Shown piece after piece: positions 7,685 through 15,462 of a stretch of DNA of 27,350 nt. The notes under the pieces are model-generated. The model was not told the DNA's origin. It saw only the letters and a program-made list of their open reading frames with translations, and did not search any database. The DNA lies in NCBI GenBank assembly GCA_038208905.1, contig JBBQYG010000042.1, positions 1-27,350 on the forward strand, read 5' to 3'. This DNA comes from Candidatus Sumerlaeia bacterium (GTDB lineage Bacteria > Sumerlaeota > Sumerlaeia > SLMS01). Position 1 is the first letter of the stretch, and each line of letters begins with the position of its first letter. A program made the translations under genes and the position numbers.

Positions 7685-8845
7685 ATGGCGCCATCGCGAA
7701 AGGAAATCGTCGTCGCGGGGCACATCTGCCTTGATCTGATTCCGCGGATCGATGCGGTACGGCAAAGCATCGGCGAATTGCTCGTCCCCGGCAAGCTCCT
7801 CAACGTCGGTCCTGTCGTCACTTCCACTGGCGGGCCCGTTGCCAACACGGGAATCGCGCTGCATCGGCTGGGCTATCCGGTGCGGCTCGTGGGCAAGGTG
7901 GGGGCCGATCCGTTTGGCGACGTGGTGCTCGGCATCCTGAGGGGCCACGATCCAGCGCTCGCGAAGTACATGTTACGCGACGCTGCCAGCGACACATCCT
8001 ACTCCATCGTCATCAGCCCGCCCGGGATCGATCGCATGTTTCTCCACTGCCCCGGCGCCAATGACACGTTCGGCGAGGCGGATGTGCAGCCTGATCATCT
8101 CGAGGGCGCCGCTCTATTGCACTTCGGCTACCCGCCGCTGATGAAGCGTATATACGGTGATGGCGGGGTGGAGCTTTCCACCATCTTCTCCCGGGCGCGG
8201 TCGATGGGACTGGTCACATCGCTGGACATGTCCACGCCCGATCCCAATTCAGAATCCGGGCGTGTCGATTGGCAGGCGTTTCTCTCCCGCGTGCTCACCT
8301 CCGTGGACGTGTTTCTGCCAAGCTACGGCGAGCTTTGCTTCATGCTGAGGGAGACCCCGCAGGAGAAACCAGACCCTGCCCAACTTTCCGCCATGGGCGA
8401 CCGACTCATCCGGTGGGGCGCTTCCATCGTGGTGATCAAGATGGGGACGCATGGCCTCTATCTGCGAACGGCGGCTTCCCCGCCTGCCGGGCTGCCGCGC
8501 CATGCGTGGTCCTCGCGGGAGCTTTACTCCCCGTGCCACACCGTGAAGCTGGTCGGCGCCACCGGGAGCGGCGACTGCACCATCGCCGGATTCCTCGGCG
8601 CGCTCTGCGAGCAGCACGCCACCCCGGAGCCCACCGTTGGATTTGCCGTGGCCGTCGGCGCGTGCAACGTGGAGGCCCCCGACGCCACCAGCGGCGTTCG
8701 GTCCCGGGCCGATACCCTCGCGCGCATCGCCGCGGGCTGGAGCAAGAACCCCGTTGCCCTCTCGCTACCCGGATGGCGACACAATGCCCAAGACAACATA
8801 TGGCACAGCCCCCGCGACCCCGACCCATTTGGGCGTTGCGCGTGA
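7685..8845 (+). CDS. PfkB/ribokinase-family carbohydrate kinase
   Basis: True start ATG 7685 (MAPSRKEIVVAGHICLDLIP), 2 nt after the previous stop. Motifs TGGPVANTG, VGKVGADPFG and GATGSGDCTIAGF (anion hole). Confidence 0.92.
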   Translation: MAPSRKEIVVAGHICLDLIPRIDAVRQSIGELLVPGKLLNVGPVVTSTGGPVANTGIALHRLGYPVRLVGKVGADPFGDVVLGILRGHDPALAKYMLRDAASDTSYSIVISPPGIDRMFLHCPGANDTFGEADVQPDHLEGAALLHFGYPPLMKRIYGDGGVELSTIFSRARSMGLVTSLDMSTPDPNSESGRVDWQAFLSRVLTSVDVFLPSYGELCFMLRETPQEKPDPAQLSAMGDRLIRWGASIVVIKMGTHGLYLRTAASPPAGLPRHAWSSRELYSPCHTVKLVGATGSGDCTIAGFLGALCEQHATPEPTVGFAVAVGACNVEAPDATSGVRSRADTLARIAAGWSKNPVALSLPGWRHNAQDNIWHSPRDPDPFGRCA

Positions 8846-8858
8846 AGGAGCACCACCG

Positions 8859-9464
8859 GTGATCAAGCGGACCCAAGTCATCAAGGCCCAGAAGGCCGCC
8901 GCCAAGCAGCTCAAGGCGGCAGGCATTGTCCTTACCAAGGCAGAAGAGACGAAAATCGAAGTGGCCGATTTCGGCCTGGACGAACTCGAGGTCTCCGGCC
9001 TCGAGATTGTCGTGTACGAGAACAACGACCGGTACTGCGCCAAGGAGCTGATCCTGTTTCCCGGCCAGACGTGTCCCGAGCACCTCCACCCCCCCGTCGG
9101 CAACGACCCCGGAAAGCGCGAGACGTTTCGCGTCCGCACGGGAACCGTGTACGTCTATGTCGATGGCCCCGCCGTCAAGAAGCCCAAGGCCCGCCTCCCC
9201 AAGGGCGGCACCTACCGCGTCTTCAATGAGATCGTCATGAAGCCCGGCGACCAGTACACGATCGAGCCCGGCACGTGGCACTGGTTTCAGGCCGGCAAGA
9301 AGGGCGCCATCGTCACCGAATTCTCCTCCACCAGCCGCGACGAGTTCGACGTCTTCAGCGATTCCCGCATCAAGCGCATTCCCGAGATTGAGGAAGACGT
9401 AAAGCCCGCCAAGAAGCCATCGAAGAGCAAGGGCAAGGCATCCCGCGCCAAGTCGGCGAAGTAG
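8859..9464 (+). CDS. D-lyxose/D-mannose ketol-isomerase (cupin) with Lys-rich C-terminal tail
   Basis: GTG start at 8859 behind AAGGAG. Motifs YCAKEL, CPEHLHP, GKRETF, WHWFQAG and EFSSTSRDEFD. Confidence 0.92.
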   Translation: MIKRTQVIKAQKAAAKQLKAAGIVLTKAEETKIEVADFGLDELEVSGLEIVVYENNDRYCAKELILFPGQTCPEHLHPPVGNDPGKRETFRVRTGTVYVYVDGPAVKKPKARLPKGGTYRVFNEIVMKPGDQYTIEPGTWHWFQAGKKGAIVTEFSSTSRDEFDVFSDSRIKRIPEIEEDVKPAKKPSKSKGKASRAKSAK

Positions 9465-9476
9465 GGGAGCGCGCGA

Positions 9477-10535
9477 ATGCAACTCTATGGCCGCGAATGG
9501 ACTCGCAGGGAAGTCGAAGCGCGCACCGGCCGCATCGAACAGATCGGCGGCGTGCGTCGCCTGCGCCTGCAGGAGGGGCGCGAGGACGGCGTCGAGATGA
9601 TTCAGGTACGCACGGGGGCGGGGCTGGAGTTCAACGTCTCTCCCCATCGCGGACTCGATATCTCCCTCGCGCAGTTTCTCGGCACGCCGCTGTCGTGGCA
9701 GTCCCCCAACGGGGACGCCCACCCGGCCTATTTCCACGGGGAGGGTCTGGAGTGGCTGCGCACCGCCGCGGGCGGGCTGCTGATGACCTGTGGCATGAGG
9801 CAGGTCGGCAGCCCGTGTATAGACGAGGGCGAATCCCTCGGAATCCACGGCCGCGCCCATCACCTGGCCGCCAGCCACGTAGCCGCCCAGGGCGAATGGA
9901 TCGACGACAACTACGTCATGACCGTCTCTGGCCGCGTGGACGAGACGCGCATCTTTGGCGAGAACCTCCGCTACTCGCGGATCATCCAGAGTCGCCTCGG
10001 CGAAAACGTCATTCGCATTCAGGACACCGTGGAGAACGCGGGCTTCGCCACCACCCCGTTCATGATGCTCTATCACTTCAACTTCGGCTGGCCGCTCATA
10101 GGTGAGAAGACCCGCTTCCTCTTTCCCTCGCGGCAGGTTCAACCGCGCGAGAAAGAGACCCCGCTCGAGGGCTACACCCAGTGGTCCGCCCCCGATCCAG
10201 CCTTCAAGGAGCGCGTCTACTATCACGGAGACTTCCAGAAGTTCCGCGACCCCAAGCTGGGGATCGAATTGGCCGAGGTCACCCTCAGCAATCCCGAGTT
10301 CCCCGCCGGGGGTGAAGTTCGCCCCGTGAAGGTGTCACTCCGCTGGAGCGTCGAATCCCTCCCCACCCTCGTTCAGTGGAAGATGCCCGGCGCGGGAACC
10401 CACGTCCTCGGCATCGAGCCCTCCAATTGCTTCGTGGGCGGCCGCAAGCTGGAGCGCGAGCGCAAGGCGCTCCGGTTTCTGGAGCCTGGCGAGAGCGCCG
10501 TGCATTTCCTCGAGGTCGCTGTCTCGGCGGGATAG
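9477..10535 (+). CDS. Aldose 1-epimerase superfamily protein (DUF4432)
   Basis: Motifs RGLDI, GGLLMTCG, GIHGR, MMLYHFNFGWP and VLGIEPSN; GGGGAG RBS. Confidence 0.88.
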   Translation: MQLYGREWTRREVEARTGRIEQIGGVRRLRLQEGREDGVEMIQVRTGAGLEFNVSPHRGLDISLAQFLGTPLSWQSPNGDAHPAYFHGEGLEWLRTAAGGLLMTCGMRQVGSPCIDEGESLGIHGRAHHLAASHVAAQGEWIDDNYVMTVSGRVDETRIFGENLRYSRIIQSRLGENVIRIQDTVENAGFATTPFMMLYHFNFGWPLIGEKTRFLFPSRQVQPREKETPLEGYTQWSAPDPAFKERVYYHGDFQKFRDPKLGIELAEVTLSNPEFPAGGEVRPVKVSLRWSVESLPTLVQWKMPGAGTHVLGIEPSNCFVGGRKLERERKALRFLEPGESAVHFLEVAVSAG

Positions 10536-10628
10536 TCCCTCGCCGCCAGACGCTTCAGCTTGTCATCCGATTCTGCTCAGTCGATAAGAGCGTCAAATAG
10601 TCCGCTTGAAAATAAAGGACCCGCCCCA

Positions 10629-11930
10629 ATGATCATCCGTTCGCGCGATCTCGCATTGTCCATCGCCGCCGTGGCCGCAATCGCAGTCATCGTCCCCGCG
10701 GGCGGTGCCCAGAATCCGATTAGCACGCCTTCCTCCACCGTCCCACCCGAAACACGGGACACGTTTCATCACCGCGTGCTGTGGATGCAAAATCCCTCCA
10801 CGGAGGCCGTGCTTTCCTGGTCTACGCCCGTTGCGGGGGAGAAGCATCGCGTTCTCTATGACACAGAGACCCGCGGCGGCGCGGTCGCCGACTATACGAA
10901 GCAGTCCTCCACCTTCAAGGACGGCCCATTTACCATCGTGGAAAAGGACGCTGGATTCTCCGCGCCCGCGTTCTACCATCACGCCCACCTGACCGGTCTC
11001 TCCCCCAACACCACCTACTACGTGGCCTTCGCGAGCGACGATGTCATCTCCCGGGAGTTCAACTTCAAGACCGCCCCAGGTGAGGATATCGAGTTCACTG
11101 TTCTTGCGGGTGGCGATTCGCGCATCGGAACCGAAACCCCCTACCTCCACAATGATCGCCGAAAGATGAACGAGCGCATGGCGCAGCTCTTCGCCTCGGA
11201 CCCAACAATCATCGCGCTGGTCCACGGCGGTGACTACTGCATGACGGCCCAGTGGCGGCACATCGCTCCGTGGCTGGCGGATCACGAGCTGACAACGACC
11301 CCCGAGGGGCGCCTGCTCCCCATCGTCCCCACCCGCGGTAATCACGATCGCGCCATCGGGTTCGAGGAAATGTTTGCCTGGCCCGATCTCAAGACGCCCT
11401 ACTACTACACGACGCAGCTCTCGCCCAAGGTCGGCCTCGTCACGCTCAACACGGAGATTAGCGTCGCCGGTGACCAGCGCCAGTGGCTTGCCGACACGCT
11501 GCCCGTTCTTCGTGCCGCCAATCGCTGGATCACCGCAATATACCACCGGCCCTCCTACTCCAGTGTCCGCGACGTGCAGGACGGCGCCGGTCGGCGCAAC
11601 AACTGGGTGGGACTCTTCGAGGAGAACAACGTGGACCTCGTGTACGAGTCCCACGATCATGCGCTCAAGCGCACGCTACCGATTCGCAGCCACGCGCCGG
11701 ACCTCAAGAACGGCATTGTATATATCGGCGACGGCGGCCTCGGAGTCCCCCAGCGAACCCCCGACACCACGCGCTGGTGGCTCCAGCCCCCCGGCTTCGC
11801 CAAGAGCGCCCACCACGTCCACACCATCCACTATGGCAAGGAAGCGATTCACGTAAAGGCCCACGGCATGGACGGCGAGATCCTCGACGACTTCGTGGTG
11901 AAACCCCACGAGGTCGTTGCGAGTAAGTGA
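10629..11930 (+). CDS. Secreted purple-acid-phosphatase-like metallophosphoesterase with N-terminal FN3-like domain
   Basis: Start ATG 10629 behind AAAGGA, followed by a signal peptide. HHAHLTGLSPNTTYY (FN3-like) and metal motifs GDSR, HGGDY, RGNHD, YHRP and ESHDH. Confidence 0.88.
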   Translation: MIIRSRDLALSIAAVAAIAVIVPAGGAQNPISTPSSTVPPETRDTFHHRVLWMQNPSTEAVLSWSTPVAGEKHRVLYDTETRGGAVADYTKQSSTFKDGPFTIVEKDAGFSAPAFYHHAHLTGLSPNTTYYVAFASDDVISREFNFKTAPGEDIEFTVLAGGDSRIGTETPYLHNDRRKMNERMAQLFASDPTIIALVHGGDYCMTAQWRHIAPWLADHELTTTPEGRLLPIVPTRGNHDRAIGFEEMFAWPDLKTPYYYTTQLSPKVGLVTLNTEISVAGDQRQWLADTLPVLRAANRWITAIYHRPSYSSVRDVQDGAGRRNNWVGLFEENNVDLVYESHDHALKRTLPIRSHAPDLKNGIVYIGDGGLGVPQRTPDTTRWWLQPPGFAKSAHHVHTIHYGKEAIHVKAHGMDGEILDDFVVKPHEVVASK

Positions 11931-12781
11931 GCGATACAACCAGGGGCGAGCGCGCGGCATCGACAGCCTCCTGGCTGATCCGCATCGCCGTGGTCATGCA
12001 CGTGCTCGGCATCGTGGCCACGGTCTTCGCGCGCCGCGGCACGTCCATCGGTAACGTGGGGCTGATGGAATGGGGCTGGACCCACGACAGGATCTTCCTC
12101 GTGGAGCGCTGGGCCGCCGTCGCATTGCTCGGCGTCGCCCTCTCGCTGATCGTTCGCCCCACGATTGCCGCGGCGGTGGTTGTATCCGCCACGGTCCTCG
12201 CCGAGGTCACCGGCGCCTACCGCTTCGGCGGCAGCTTCTTCGTCGAGTGGAGCCACGCCACCCAGATTCTGCGCTATCTTGCGCCGCTGGCGCTCATCCC
12301 GCTAATCGCCGCGCCCCGATTCCAACCCAACGCACCGTGGCGATTCTCAAGCTCCGCATGGATTCTCCGCGTCGGCATTGCCGTCGTCTTCGCAGCCCAC
12401 GGCGCCCAGGCCCTCTATCATGATCCCCACTTCATCGACCTGATCATCGGTAGCACGCGCCGCCTCACCGGCTTCCGCCCCAGCGAGGCCCAAGCCGTCG
12501 CCATCCTCCTCCCCATCGGCATCGTGGACGTCACCGTCGCCGCGCTTCTCCTCGTTGGCCGCTGGAAACTGCTCCTCGGCTGGATGTGCTTCTGGGGCCT
12601 CCTCACCGCCTGCTCCCGCGTCACCGCCAACGGACTCATGTCCTACCCCGAGGTCCTGCTTCGCGCTTCGCACTATTTGGCGCCGGCGGCGATATGGGCG
12701 CTGGCAGGGTACGGGGTGCCAGTGTCAGCCGCCCAGAGGCAGTCAAGCCTCCCCGCCCCCGCTGCAATCGATATAAAATAG
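11927..12781 (+). CDS. Polytopic membrane protein with two DoxX-like half repeats
   Basis: GTGA start/stop overlap with the phosphatase gene; multiple hydrophobic segments; paired motifs SWLIRIAVVMHVLG and AWILRVGIAVVFAAHG. Confidence 0.72.
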   Translation: MSDTTRGERAASTASWLIRIAVVMHVLGIVATVFARRGTSIGNVGLMEWGWTHDRIFLVERWAAVALLGVALSLIVRPTIAAAVVVSATVLAEVTGAYRFGGSFFVEWSHATQILRYLAPLALIPLIAAPRFQPNAPWRFSSSAWILRVGIAVVFAAHGAQALYHDPHFIDLIIGSTRRLTGFRPSEAQAVAILLPIGIVDVTVAALLLVGRWKLLLGWMCFWGLLTACSRVTANGLMSYPEVLLRASHYLAPAAIWALAGYGVPVSAAQRQSSLPAPAAIDIK

Positions 12782-12817
12782 CCACAGTTTGCGCCGATGA
12801 GTGCGGCTGACATTATT

Positions 12818-12842
12818 CTACCGTTTGGCGGTAGGCTTTTTT
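12818..12842 (+). terminator. Probable intrinsic terminator
   Basis: CTACCG-tttgg-CGGTAG followed by GCTTTTTT, ~35 bp after the stop of the membrane protein gene, between convergent genes. Confidence 0.55.
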
Positions 12843-12914
12843 GACGTGGGTTCTGCGTCCCCTGCACCGCCCACGAGAGCAGTTCGGGCAGCGTCGATGT
12901 CCAGAATGTCAGAC

Positions 12915-13778
12915 TCAAGGATTGCATGCGGGGCAGTTGACGGGCTCCGCGTGCATCAGTCCATCGTGTCTTCCCCGTTCCTCGCGGTGATGGCAGGCCA
13001 CGCATCCAAAGATCTCAACGGCGATCATCTCGGTCGCCGCGCCGCACTCCTTGCATCTCAACCCCGCGCGTGTCCCGGTTAGGCCGAGGCCGGGTGTTGA
13101 GCAGAGCGGGCAGAGCATTGCGAGACGCTCGGCAAGTCGCTCGGCCAGCATCGCCAGGCTTTTCATCCGGGTCGGATTGAGATGCGCGCGCATGTCGGTT
13201 TCCAGCATCGCCCGGCCGTCGGATGACGCCGCCGCGGCCTCCTTGATCGCGCGCACGAGGTGGCCCAGATCGACGACCCCCTTCGCGAGCGCGGGGGAGG
13301 GCTCGCCCACGTTGGGGCGGATGATCAGGGCGTGGGACGGGAAGCCGATGCGACCGAGGAAAGACTCGGGCACTTCGCCCGGCGCCACCACGAAGTGCCC
13401 GTGATTCGTCGCCTCCGTTACCAGGCTCTCGCTGACGGTTATGCCCCGCTCGTCATCGATGAACACAAGGACCTCCATGCCGCAGCGTAGGAAGGGGATC
13501 AGGGGATGCGGCCCAAACGTTCCCTCGCTCGCCAGCCCGAGCGGAAGCCCGGCGGCGATCATGCCGAGCCGCGCCTTGCGGACGGCTACCTCTCCCATCG
13601 CGCCGACGCGCGCGATCTCGCCCGAGAAAGTCCCGAGCTGGTCGGTGTCGAGCCCGGATGCCGGCACGACGCGAAGGCCGATGCTGGAAAGGAGCGCCGG
13701 CGCGATCGCCTCTTCCTTCCCGTGCATCGTGGTGAGGACGGCGTTCCGGCCTGCGTAAGGGTGGCGTGCTTCAGCCAT
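12915..13778 (-). CDS. DUF6671 family protein (four C-terminal CxxC motifs)
   Basis: TMHGKEEAIAP, DTDQLGTFSGEI, LASEGTFGPHP, ETDMRAHLNPTRM and CPLC/CKEC/CVAC/CPACNP; purine-rich RBS AAGGGAAGAG. Confidence 0.85.
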   Translation of the reverse strand: MAEARHPYAGRNAVLTTMHGKEEAIAPALLSSIGLRVVPASGLDTDQLGTFSGEIARVGAMGEVAVRKARLGMIAAGLPLGLASEGTFGPHPLIPFLRCGMEVLVFIDDERGITVSESLVTEATNHGHFVVAPGEVPESFLGRIGFPSHALIIRPNVGEPSPALAKGVVDLGHLVRAIKEAAAASSDGRAMLETDMRAHLNPTRMKSLAMLAERLAERLAMLCPLCSTPGLGLTGTRAGLRCKECGAATEMIAVEIFGCVACHHREERGRHDGLMHAEPVNCPACNP

Positions 13779-14265
13779 GCCGCTCTTCCCTTGTCATATC
13801 GATTCGCTCCCGCAACGTCCATACAAGCCCCAGACCGGCTTGGAACGCCAGGGCTTGGCTGCCGACCGCCGCGATACATTCGCAAAGTTTCGTTTCCGCC
13901 AAAGTGGCTTCCTTCCATCCTTCCATCAGGGTCGTTCCCCGCTTGTCAGGAGATCGTGTGGGCAAACAGAACCTCCACCAGCTAGCGACAACGCCCAATC
14001 GGGCAGGGCGTAAACGTCAGGCTCGGTAACCGGAAGCCTCTCGTCCATGCCCGCCACTGCGCTGCCACGCCACACACCGGCTCAAGAAGGATCGGAGGGG
14101 GATGACCGGCTACAGGGGCCGCATGCCCCCAGGCAACATCGGCGCAGGCGCCCTCCTCCCGTCCGTGCTGAAAAGATTGAGTTTGCTATTACGGAATTGC
14201 CTTGATTATCAACGGTCTGAGGGTTTCCTAGGCGCAGAGTCAGCCTCGGGAGGCCGTGAAGCCAA

Positions 14266-15462
14266 ATGAAGCAACTCGGATTGGCCCTTCTCTTTTTTCT
14301 CTCCACAACGGCAGCGGCTGTCGAAATCCCGCCTGAGTTGGCCATCGTCATCCCGGCGGCGGAGGCAGAACTCGGGCGCACCCCCGGGCTGCCCGCAACC
14401 AAGGCCGCCATCAAGGAATCCTTTGCCCTGCAGAAGGAGAATAAATTTGCAGAGGCGATCGAGCGGCTTTCACGCGAAATGCCTACAGCGGAAGGGGTCC
14501 AGAAGGGAAGGCTGGTCTACTTCTCAGGCTATCGCAAGCTGGCACAGGAGGACTATGATGGAGCGGAGGCTGAGTTTCACCGCATCGCGCGCGGTGAAGT
14601 CCCCGCCGCCGAGTTCGGATACGCCGACGCCCGGGTGCGCCTCGCCTACATCAAGCTAAGACGAAAGGACCGAGAAGGCGCGCGTGAGGAGTTCCTCAAG
14701 ATCGCCCGGGGCACAGTAAAGGCCGACGCGGCAATCGCCACCGATGCGGGCCTCCGCGCTGCGGCAATTTCCCGACTGATGGGCAAGCACACCGATGCCC
14801 GGGCATTGTGGGAGCAGGTGGCCGAGCAGGCGCCAAAAACCGACGACCGCCTCTACGCCAAGCTACAGATCGCGGGACTCCTCTGGGAGACCGGCAAGGG
14901 CGACTATGGGAAGCCCGCCACCAAGGCCGAGGCCAACGCCATCTTTCAGGAATCCATGGCCGTCTGCCGGGAGATCATCGATCACCCCGACGCCATCCCC
15001 GAGACCCGCGCCACCGCCGAGCTGATCTTTCTCGAGGGCTACTACTTTCAGGGCGACTTCGCCACCGCCGGCATCCTCGCCAAGAATCACGTGGAGAAGT
15101 GGATGGCGTGGTCCGCGGACAATCCCGACTCCGCCAAGAAGGGCTGGAATCCCGACCGCCAAATCCTGACCGCCCAGACCTGGCTCTGCTTCTGCCAGTA
15201 TCGCACCGCCCAATACGAGGAGTGCATCGCCTCCGCCCGCCTCATCCGGTCCGGCGTGTGGGATGAAGGCATTGCCTACAAGAACTTCAACTGCTTCGGG
15301 TATTCGCTTCTCTAGGAGGCGTTTTCGCAGGAGATGCTCGGCGATGCCGCCGAAGGACAGCGGCTGCGGCAGGAAGCCTTCGAGAAGTATCCCAAGTGGT
15401 ACAATGGTGTCATTGCCAGCGTGGAGCGCAAGCTAGGGATTGGGGAGCTGCACAATCCATGA
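14266..15462 (+). pseudogene. Secreted TPR-like protein interrupted by a single in-frame TAG at 15313-15315 (349 aa to the TAG; 398 codons to the TGA at 15460-15462)
   Basis: Signal peptide MKQLGLALLFFLSTTAAA and repeated TPR-like helical pairs. The frame continues past the TAG (EAFSQEMLGDAAEGQRLRQEAFEKYPKW...) and ends in an ATGA overlap with the next gene. Confidence 0.7.

Noticed and set aside
8436..10226. 596-aa minus-strand ORF
   Set aside because: Antisense to three well-supported genes, with no motifs.
13771..13998. 75-aa minus-strand ORF overlapping the DUF6671 start, containing a short CTTCCATC tandem duplication
   Set aside because: TTG start, no convincing RBS or family resemblance; cannot be supported as a gene, though a decayed fragment is not excluded.
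15313..15315. Genome-wide TAG reassignment (alternative genetic code)
   Set aside because: Many conserved genes in the window end at TAG at or near their family C-termini.
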